This document shows positions 23,501 to 35,500 of a stretch of DNA of 64,000 bases, piece after piece. Location of the stretch: assembly GCF_963676685.1 (NCBI RefSeq), contig NC_092351.1:67766001-67830000 (forward strand). The letters run 5' to 3'. The translations under genes and the position numbers were made by a program. The notes beneath the pieces were generated by a model. That model was given only the letters and a program-made list of their open reading frames with translations, was not told the DNA's origin and made no database searches. This DNA is from Mytilus edulis. Lineage: Eukaryota. Every line of letters starts with the position of its first letter. Position 1 is the stretch's first letter.

Positions 23501-26500
23501 ATACTTTTTACTTAGAACAATCTTTGTGAAAGAATAACAACTTTTACTAACATCCCTAAATGCTAAGCAGGCAACAATCGATAAAAAATACTAGCAAGAT
23601 CAGAAGGGAGACAAATTGAAATGAATAGGTGCAGTCTTGTAGATCTTGTCAGTGTTTTTTTTTTTTGTAAAGTGCAGGAGTTCAAATTTGCTTTGAATAA
23701 TGAAGATTTTAGGACTTTTTAAACACTGTCAAACTTTCTGTATAAATCATAAGGGTAAAGAATGGTCTGACATAAGAAAATTCACCAACCAGAGGGGGGG
23801 AACGGAATACAAATCTAATTCAGAGAATTCTAAGGTATGGCAAATAAGCAGTACTTATAGAATATAACCATGTCCTTCTCAATATCCATCTTGTATCATC
23901 AAGTAACTCCAATATGGAAAATGACATGTTATAATCTATCACTTATTAAACATATCATGCTTTAAAAAGAAGAATTTTGTGAATGTGCATCATTGTTGTT
24001 ACATACCCTTATTGCATCATAATAGGGCACAATAATCATTTTTTTGTTCCAGGGAGGAATGTGCAAATCTATGGTTATTGCACTTGGAAAACATACACGA
24101 AAAAAGTTGTTGTCTCTTTGACACGTTTGGATGGATTCCCTTTTCGATTCTCAATGTTGTTCTCTCTTTGACATATTCGGATTGATTCCTGATTTCCATT
24201 TTCCATTTAATTTATAAAGTCTGACAATGATAAATAATACCAACACCCAGTGCAAAATTCCACGACTTTTACTGGTACTTTTAGATAGGATAGCCTTAAT
24301 ATTGTTTAAAAATGAGTATACTTAAGAAGAAGTTAGTTAGTTGCATTCAAGATCACCATAATCTTAACACTTAATTGAGTCATATTTTGAACAAAGAGAT
24401 GTTAATTATGGATTAAATAAAAGAAAAAAGGTTGATGTCTGATAAATTTCTATGTAACAAAATTTTTCAAATATCTTTCTTTTGAGAGGATAATTTAAAA
24501 AAATTCTATCAAAAATTAAATGGTTTCTTTAAATATGGTGATCTAAGTGCTAACAAAGCTTCTGTTTATTTCATAAAGATTATCAACATTTGACAGGGTC
24601 CAAGCCATATTTCCAACACCAGATCCTGCCGCATTGAAGGACAGAAGAATGACCAATCTTGTTGCATATGCCAGGAAAGTCGAAGGTGACATGTATGATA
24701 CTGCCAACAGTAGGGTATGTAGGAGTACAGTATGAAGTAATCACAATACATTGCTATACTCTCATTTGTAAGCAGGGTGTACTAAACAATGTCCTTCTGT
24801 TGGTCATTAATCCTCCTTAAATGCAAAACATCCCAATATATATCCTGATCATCTCTCTTACGGAATGATGTAACATATTGTACAAGAGGTGTACAATGTA
24901 TTGAACCAATTCAAGTTTCCTATAAAGTCTGAAATTCTCGCATACCAATAAAATTGTTTCTTTTAACTTTCATGGTTTGCATGTTTGATATCGGCTACCT
25001 AATTATTGATTTGTTTTATGTCTTTGTCAATAGTTTGATATTTTAAAGTATCCATGTTCTAAATTTTGTTGTGTAAGAAGAAATAAATTTTTTGGATAGA
25101 TGCAGGATATTTTTGAGCTGTAACAAATTTTATGGATACAGGATAATATTTTTTGGCTTATTATTTTAACTTGAAAACATTTTTGATGATTATTGATTAA
25201 CCCTGCATTAAATTCCACTTGGTAAGGAGTTGTTAGACATGTTAGATAAAAGAACAGGAGTATGCGATATGATATTAATTGATAATACATATAGATAGTA
25301 AAAAGGGTCCCCAGAACTGAAGATTACCTTTGTAACATTATGAACTTTAGCCAAAGATACTAGATGAGTGATCCAGTTTGTTAAAAACAATTATGAGCCT
25401 TAATTTTCAAAATGTTTTTAATGTTAGAACAACTGTGAATATTGGATACGGCAGTTGATCGTGTGAACCTTTTGTGTAGTTTGACCATTTCCAGACAAAC
25501 TTTCAGCTAATTATTTTCTAGTAACAATAATGATGCAGGTGAGATGTTAACTTTTATTGTAAACATTGATTTAAATTAAGTTGTGATTTCTTATTTACAG
25601 GAGGAGTATTACCACCTGTTGGCTGAAAAAATTTATAAAATTCAGAAGGAACTTGAAGAGAAAAGATTACAGAGAATGAAAACTGCACCTACAAGACCTC
25701 CTGGTCCAAGTTAGTATCTGTCATATTTTGTAATTTGTCTGTTTTCCCTCTTTGTTTGAAAATATTTTATACAAGGGTGGGTAACAGACAGTTATAATAA
25801 GATATAATGCAAATAATTAAATATTCAGTTTTCAACACTTTTGTTTGTCAGTCTTGAAGATATTGACTTGATATTTGTTATATAGTTTACACCATGGCAA
25901 ATTATAGATCAAATTTTCGAATTTTGTTCCAATACAATTAATTTTTAACTGGTAGGGGACTATGTATTGCAATGCAATACTCACAGAATATTTGTTTACA
26001 TTAAAAAGTCCATTCTTCTAAAATTTAAAAAATAATATACATGTGCTATTTCAAATCTGTGACTGTCAGCCAGTATGCTATGTGAAACACTTAGTTGTTT
26101 ACAATTTGCAGCAGATTGCATTGAGTGTGTAGTTAAAGGTAATATATATTTGTTTAGCTTGCCTGCTAGCTGATCCATGGAGTCATTATTAGGTAAGGTA
26201 TAGTAGCCTCTTTTTGAAGTAGCCTAGTCCTACAGAAAGATAGATTGTTTATGTGTCAGACTAGTCTACTCTCAAAGGAGAGGTAGTATACCTTACCTAA
26301 TGATGACTTCTTGGTTCAGCTAACAAGCAAACTAACCAAGGATTCTACCTTTACCTACACACTCAATGCAATCTGCTGTAACTGATTTATCAGATGTTAT
26401 GTTCTATTACTGTTGGTTGTATGAATTGTTGTTTTTTATTTATAGATGGACCTTTGATAAATGTACCACAACAAAATCAGCCTTTTGGAGCTCCTCGTGC

Positions 26501-29500
26501 AGCCTTAGGTTTGGATCAAAATACTCTAACCCAGGTAATATAGCATTTAAAGAGGATTTTCCTGATGTACTTTTTATATGACCGCAAATAAAATTTTTGC
26601 GTCGTATAATGGTATCATGTCGTCTGCGTCATCCAAAGACACATTTAGTTTCCAGACAATAAATTTAGTTTTAGTGAATGAATCTATAAATTTTTACCAG
26701 GAGGTTCAATGCCACTAAAGGAAGATTGAGATTGATTTTGGATGTTATGGTCCCAATAGTTTAGTAATTAGGGGCCTTAAATGAAAATCTTTGCAGTTTT
26801 CAAACAATAACTTGTGTTTAAGTGTATGGATCAGAATACCTCTTTTATATTTCCCGCTCAAAACATTGCAAACATGAGTCATCTTAGTTTGTAGAATACC
26901 TGGATGAAAGTGTAAACATGGCGCTTCCATTTGTTAAAAACCGTGTCAAAATCAGAGGAAATTTACAGAATTTACGAGAATTTGAAATGAGGGAACATTT
27001 TTTTTGAAAGAATATGGAAGAATTGAAGCCAAACAAGTATACTTTTTATACGACCGCAAAAATAATTTGCGGTTATATATTAGTATGACGTTGGCGTCGC
27101 CGTCATTGGTTTTCGCACTATAACTTTAGTTTAAACTCCAAATTTTTGAAAAGTTTGAAGAAGAAATCTTTTATTGCACAATATTGCTCAATAGATTTGT
27201 AAGATATTTACATTTGTTGTGTGTCAGAAACTCATATTATATCAAAAATCTAAATTCAGAGCAGTATCAAGCTTGAATTTTGTGTCCATACTTCTTGCCC
27301 CAATTGTTCCGGGTTTTACATCTGCGGTCGACGGTCATATAAAGCTGTGCCCTGCGGAGCACCTTTTTTTTTTTTTTTTTTATGGTCCCACCGCAGCATA
27401 AGGCATAATTTTTTTTAATTGAATTGATTAATTTTAACAACTTTCTTTTTCCTTTTTGATATAAAAAAATTGCCAGATATTTAATTGTTTTTCCTGACAA
27501 GAGGACTTATAGGATTGTGCAACTAGAATTGATAAAATTGACAAACTATGAATTTGTACTGCTGCCATTATTGTATACCTAGTTACAAATTAAACAAAAT
27601 AAAAAGAAATAAGATACATATGGCCCTTTGTACTAAAGTAAAAACCAAATATTGTAGCGCCGCAAGCTAATGAGTACTCCTCTTTCAAATCTCACCACTT
27701 AAGGATGTACTTTGGTGAGGTTAGGTGAAAATTAATAAATTAAGAAGTTAAAATTGATACTTTAAGCTGATAGAGCATCAATTAAGGATAAAAATAAGCT
27801 AAAAATATTCATAGGTCATGGACCTCCTTTTCGAGATATTTGAGATTTAAAATATGGCGGGAAAAGGCTGACTTGGACTTTTACCTTACATTTGCATTGG
27901 TATTATTTGGTCTCAAAACAAAAGAAAGAAAATCAAGAATTTTCTAAAATTTGGTAAATGACCTTTCATGAGCTATTAAGTCTTACATGGAAAAATAAAT
28001 GGGTGTTATGGGGCAAAATATTTTACATTGTATTGTATGGAAAAACACTGAGGAATCCGAACATTTGACACAATTTCCAAAACCTCACCTAAGTACATCC
28101 TTAACCCTCAGTTTCAAAAGGAATTTATCCTGTATTAAAAGAATAAAGAATATGGAGTATCCATTTATGACACAAAAGCAGTACATGCGCAACAAAAACA
28201 GACAGTCTTCATCTTCATCACAGAGAAAAATATACTCCATATCTTCCAAATATAGTTTATGTGAAAATAGACAAATTTGAAAGCGCCATCCAAAAACACA
28301 ATGTAGGAGACCTGAAGTTATTTAAAAAAATTTCTTGATATTTCAGCAGTTGGGAACTTTAAATCAACAGCAACAGCTGCTTAAGGCTCAACAGATTGAT
28401 AACATCAAAAACAGATTTCCACAACCACAACAACCTATTCCTCAAGTATGAATTTTACATCAATTTTAATTATTTCACTCGGTTTTGTTACATCACTCTT
28501 CATAGATCTTTTACCTACTAGGAATACAAAATAACAAAGATAGGGTCTTCCAATACCAATTTTTCGAATGCAGCTGGATTCCAATATCATATGATAGTGG
28601 ATAAAGATTTATTCTTACTAGAATTTGAAAACAAATCATCATTTTGATGTCTGTCTTCTTCATTCCAAAATTATGCTATTTTCCTTAGAACATGGCAAAA
28701 TTTGACCAAGGTGAAAACTTAAAGCAACCATTGTGACTTCCTAAATCATTACCTTTGCTAACAAATTTGCTGGACAATATATAAGTACATTTTTCCTTTT
28801 AACTGATAATATAAGGGTAATTGTCATCGTCTCAGGTAAGACAATTTTCTATCAAAAAAAAAGATCCAATGATGAGGTAGACCTTGTAGTACAGGTTAGA
28901 CATAAATTACTCTCCTCTATTCATACTAATTTTATATGCCTGTAGTGGATGCATTATGGTATATTTTGTCCAACTGTGGTTATTTCAACACTTTGCGTAA
29001 ATATTGGTGAATATTGTCCTGAGTAGATTTTATATTGCACAAAAATTGAGGTCCCCCCCAAAAAAAATGTAGAGGGGTTTAGAAGGTACTTCATATTAAA
29101 ACTACAGGGATGATGATTATCAAAACTATTTTTCACACTTTTTCAATTAGAATTGTCTGGGTGGCAGGTGTTGAAACAAACTGCCCTCTCTCTTACATTT
29201 TTTTCCAGGAATAGCCTCATAACAAATCTTGAAAAACACTTAAAAACATTATACAAAGCCTCTGCATGTAACAAAAAGGGAAAATTAATCAATAATGTGT
29301 CATGGGATAGTTTACAAAAACATTAAAAAATATGTTTACATTGATCTTTTGATATAAGAATTGTTCTTTTCACGATAAATGAATGATAGACTTCTTTGGA
29401 CCTCTTGTTAATATTTTAAATAAGTAATTGATTTTATGTTTTATGGAGATGATTAAGGGTTTTGTATTCTGGTCATGTTAATATATTGTATTATATGCCT

Positions 29501-32500
29501 TAATGTTACAGGCTCAAACATGCCCACATTCCAATGCTGGCTCTTAATAAGTATTTATATTCTGTTGTTTTCAGCCACGACCACAACTTCCCCCATCTCC
29601 AGCATCAGTTAGCCAGCTGACACAGAGAAGTCCTGCTCCAGCATCCAGTATTTTGTCACAGTTCTCACCACAGCCACTTTTGTCACAAAACCCTACATCA
29701 GTATCATCACAGTTGTCATCGTCTCAGGTAAGACAATTTTCTATAAAAAAAAAAAAGGCCAATGATGAGGTAGACCTTGTAGTACAGGTTAGACATAAAT
29801 TACTTTCCTCGATTCATACTTATTTTATATGCCTGTAGGGGATGCATTATGGTATATTTTGTCCAACTGTGGTTATTTCAACACTTTGTATAATTACTCA
29901 AATTTCCTTTCAAACAAATCTCTTTAACCCTTTCACCGATTGCTGCCCAGACAGAAGCTACTCCGAGACGATGGCTTCCCTAGCTACTTTTACTCAAGTG
30001 GGAGATCTTCATAATAAATATCAATAAAAACCTGTTTGTAGGTATTTGTGTATTTATTTTATTCACTAACACCATGTTTACAGTTTTGTTTATGTTTTGA
30101 TAATTTTTTCTTCATAAAATATTCAAATTTTCCAATTTTCGGCATTATATAGGTGAAATTCTCAAAATTCTGCTCTTTCACCCCTAATCGTAATTTTTTA
30201 ACCCAAAACGGCAAAATTTTGAAAAAATTTATGAGGCTGTACAAATTCCTCACACTGAACGATGTCCATTCCAAGTGTTTTGTACAAAAAAACAACATTT
30301 TATGTCAAAAAAGTATACTAGTTTGGCTTCAATTCTTCCATATTCTTTCAAAAAATATGTTCCCTCATTTCAAATTCTCGTAAATTCCATAAATTTCCTC
30401 TGATTTTGACACGGTTTTCAACAAACGGAAGCGTCATGTTTACACTTTAATCCGGGTATTCATCAAAGAAAGATAACTCATGTTTGCACTGTTTTGAGCG
30501 GGAAATATAAAAGATGTATTCTGATCCCGGTAAAACGGGACTCATCGTCAGCTGTCTGAAGTGTAAATCCCGGTAAACCGGGACTCATCGGCGAAAGGGT
30601 TAATTTAAATAGTATTGAAGAAATGTATCTTTCTGTTTTGCCAATTTGTTGGTCCTTTTTCATAGTTTATTGGACTTGGCTATCATATAAGGGCAGTTAT
30701 TCAAATATCTCTTCTATTTTTCAATGGAATAGTTTTTAGAGTATGTCTGATAGCATGGAGGAGCCTTTATCAGCAACAAACTGGTTATAAATTTGAAGAT
30801 TGATAACTATTTTTATTATCTCTTTACAGTCATTAGAAAATTTACATAATGCATTACAAGCAGACAAGCTGATGTCCGCAGATATAAATACTAGTCTCAA
30901 TCAAAATGGTGGTAGTCAGCCCCAAACATTAGTAGATGTTCTGACAGCTCCATGTACAACTGGTTCTACACAGCCAACCAGTACAGCACCTGCTACGTCT
31001 ACAACAACAGTAACCACTAGTGCTAGTAACAGTCTCATTAACTCAGTAACACCAATTACTAACTCTATAGAGCAGGATGTTAAACCAGATATTAAACAAG
31101 AAATCAAGATGGAAATTAAAACAGAGCAGGACATCAAACAAGAACCTGGAATTCATTGTGGAAAAGAGATTTCACAGGTATTTGTATAGGCTCAAATAGT
31201 TTTTAACAACATAGGAGATGGTTATATAGAGATTAATTACAATTGAAGAATTGATGAAGTTGAGTATAACAACCAAAACAAGAGTAATAATTTTTTCATT
31301 GAATGATGCATTTAAAAAAAATATGCACCAAAATCAGGATTTACACATGCATTGAAATATGATTACTTACTTATCCTGCTTTACATTGTAATAAAAAAAA
31401 AATGGTACCCCATGAATAATATTTTTAAGAATAAAAATGTGAATAAACATAAAATTAGAAAGAACATATGAAAAAAAAACTGCAGAAAGCATTACTGATT
31501 TATTATTAAATAATGAGTTCTGGTATGTTAAGACCTTTACACAATGATGTAAATAACTTACTAATAGTTAAAGGCGTCAGTTTCCTACACTGTTGGCATC
31601 TCATTGATAGAAACATTACTCCTGGAAATTTTCAGTTTAAGCATAATTGATGTTATCCAAAAGTTGTAGGGAGATCACTGCTACATCATTTCATTTAAAC
31701 CAGAATTAAAGAAAAATTAGTATGTAGAAGGAAAGTGACTGATAAAATGTATTATTTTAATGTTACATCTAAGATACTTGAGAATGTATAAATCATAATT
31801 TTTTTTACTTTTTCAGTCCTCTCAAATAAAAACAGAAAATGATACAAGTGACATAAAACCTATGATATCTCCAAAGACTGAGCTTACAACCAATGATACT
31901 GAAAATAGTGAAACCAAACCAAGTCCAATGGAAACACCATCCATGTCACCAAGCATTCCTGTTTCCACACCATCATCAACTCCCAACAACGTAGTTGTAC
32001 CTGGCTCATCCAAACCTAGATGCAAAAAAAGTAGGTAGCTCCTCAATCAGGAGTGTTTACAAATATCTCTTTTATCTTGCAACTTCTTTTATATTGGCCA
32101 TCTGACAGTGTATGGTTTAACTGCCAAAATATTATATCATTTAAAGATATTAAATATCCTTAAAATACATATTTTGAGCAATGCCAAGCCATCACAAACT
32201 TAACCCTTCAAATTTTTAGTTTGTCAGTGAAATGTTTCCCGATGATTCAGGATGATTGAAAAAATAGTTCTTCAAGTTGGAGCGAATGCTTTCCTTGACA
32301 TGACCTCTGAACTATAATTTAAATTACAACCATCATAATATTGATTTCTACTTTTTCAGTATTTAAACCTGATGAATTAAGACAATCTTTGATGCCGGTG
32401 CTAGAGAAGTTATACAAGCAAGATCCAGAATCTATGCCATTCAGACAACCAGTTGACCCAGTCTTATTGGGAATACCAGTAAGTGTGCAGATAAGATATT

Positions 32501-35500
32501 TTGAAAATAAAGCAATAATAATTGTTAGTATGGTTTGGTAGGATTAATTTTCTTTTCACAGCAATATATATATAGCCCCTTTAAATTTTTATCCCCCTCC
32601 CTCCTTGTATCAAAGGGGGCATTAAGTTTTACCCTTGTCCATATTATTTTATTTAATATGCAAGTGGGAGCATCATCTGTATTTCTTATAGTCCAATATG
32701 TTTAAGACTTAATTCAATATAATAAAGGAAAAGCATATGCACTTGGACCCATAAGTGATTGGTGTATGAAGTTTGCTGTTTGTGTTCTTTTCATTAGTAC
32801 CATTTATTATCTTAAACAGGATTACTTTGACATAGTAAAGACTCCAATGGACCTGTCATTAATACGAAGAAAGTTAGATACAGGGCAATATGCTGATCCA
32901 TGGCAGTTCTGTGATGATGTTTGGATGATGATGGACAATGCATGGCTGTATAATAGGAAAACTTCAAGAGTTTACAAATTTGCTTTAAAGGTAAAGATAT
33001 AATTCACAAAGAGATCTGTCTGTCTGTCGGGACAGTAGATTCTTTGATTGAATAAAAGAAAGATTTTATATTTCATGTGCAGTTTGATCATGTTGATTTG
33101 TAGGCTGTAAGTTATTTTATATCTACCATGGACACACTTCCTGGTTGCTTATTATTTGAAAATTTACAACACTCATTGGTACAAGGAAAAGAGATATTCA
33201 AACATGTTCCTCCTCTACAATTACATAATATAAGCATTTTATTTAAGTCAAATGAGCATAGAAACCATATTTTTCAGTTGTGATTCTGTACATGTGACTT
33301 CGATCAATAGTATTGGAATCCTATGATCGTGCTTCATGGCTGATATGAAGCTGATTCTTTTTAAAGAAATTGTAATAAATATTTTAGATCTTTGATTAAT
33401 TTGAATTTATGCACATAGCAGTACATTATTTCAAAATTTTAAAGGTAAAATTAAACAAATGGATTGTTAACATGGGACTGAGTGAAAAATGGATACAGAA
33501 AAATGAGACTTGTCTAAGTTGAAAGGATACAGGTGGAATCACCCCTGACTACCCATTTTCTGATTCATGAGCACACTACTTTATTAACTTTATCTTTGTA
33601 GAAAAACATTGGTATTTCATATTACAGGTTATAGTATGAAACTTATTATTGTGATTCAAACCTTTCTTTCCTTTTATTTTAGCTTGCCGAAGTATTTGAG
33701 GGTGAAATTGATGCTGTAATGCAATCCTTAGGTTACTGTTGTGGAAGAAAGCATGTTTTCAGTCCACAAGTGCTATGCTGTTACGGCAAACAACTTTGTA
33801 CCATATCAAGAGATGCTGTTTACTATAGTTTTCAAAATAGGCAAGTGTGTTAGATTACTGAAGCATAATCAATAGTTTTAATACTTATTAAATGTAACCA
33901 AAAAAAAACAAATGAAAAAGAATAAACACGTAATTTTTTTTTTTACTGATGTATGAGAAGAAAAGCAGATATCTTCATGTATAAACATCTTTAATACCAT
34001 AAAGTCTTTACTATAACTACAGAGGGAATAGTCCTGTAGAATACCTTGACTTGATAGTAAAAATCTTCCAAAATAGAAACAAGTATTTTCGTGGAAGCTA
34101 TTGCCAATGAGTTGTTACAGTTCTATTAATTGAAATTATTAATTTCTGCTTTGTATACATGTAGTATATGCTCAAATAATTGTACAATGTGTTGACTATG
34201 GATTCATTTATTTTGGTGGATTAAGGAAAACTTACTTGGTTATGGATATTAAAATTTTTGGTTTTGCTGAAGACTGCATACAAGCCTATATGAAATTTGT
34301 CCTTTGTTGAACATTTAATTTTGTGGTTGACCTGTTCCCACAAAATCAACAAAATGAGTATCCCACAAATAATAATGAATCCACAGTATGTGTATGGCTA
34401 TTTCACTTGAATGAATGTTAGGATGGGGGAGGGAAAGAAAGGACTTCTTTAATCCAAATCAACATACAATGTACTTTCAGCAATCATTAATGGCGCACAA
34501 ATTTTGTCCAAACAAATTCTCCCTACCTACCCTATCGCATTCATTCAACAGAATAGCCATTAGTTATTTTCAATATTTCATGGTAGATTTTGTACATTAT
34601 GATATAACAGTGGATCAGTATTTAAATGTACTCCATTGATTTCAATATCATCATTTCTCATCACCATCATTGCTTGCTTGCACATTATTTTTGTGCCTGA
34701 TGCTGTTCAGTTATTAAATCACATTGAAAAGAAAGAAAAAAGCATATGAAAAATGTATCTAGAGTTGTTTCAGAATTAAACGCATGGAAGGCCCTGTTTA
34801 AAACCTCACTTCCTAAAATATAGAATCTTCATTTTTCTTGTCATTCTTACAAAATTCTAAAGGAAAATGTAACAACCCACAGTTGATAAATTTGAGTGAC
34901 TCCCATGTCCACAGTCAAATTGGGATCACATATGCAACTATCAATGAAATTAGACAAAAGTACACACTCCTGATATAAATTGCTTTCAGGGTATCTAGTT
35001 AATAATTTGTACATTTTATAAAGTCTCTGAAACCTGAGCAGCTGAAGGTTCTTTCTTATATTGCTTTATAAAGAATATGGAGAGGCTTCAGACAAGAATT
35101 TTTATTCTGTGGTTTCCCTCAAACTAAAACATTGTTTCTACATGTTAATTTTTGTTTTGTTTAGCAGATATTCTTCCAATTACTACCAACTGTCCTTTTT
35201 TTTATATTTAGTACTTTCTAGTCAACAATTTTCTAACTTTTTTTTTTATTATTTTAAGTTTTAACCAAATCAAGTTGGATATATTCACACATTTTGTTCA
35301 TGTTTTTTTAATTCTGATGAATTTTGCAAGGGAAAAAAATGTCTTTAATTAGTTGGGTGACAGTACATTGTTACTGATTAATGACACACCAATGTCTTAA
35401 ATATGAAGGATGATATTTAATAGGATTTATATACTGTTGAAATACAAGGCGACTAAAAAGTTACATTATCATTATTTCTCCCTAAAATTTATTAAAAGGG

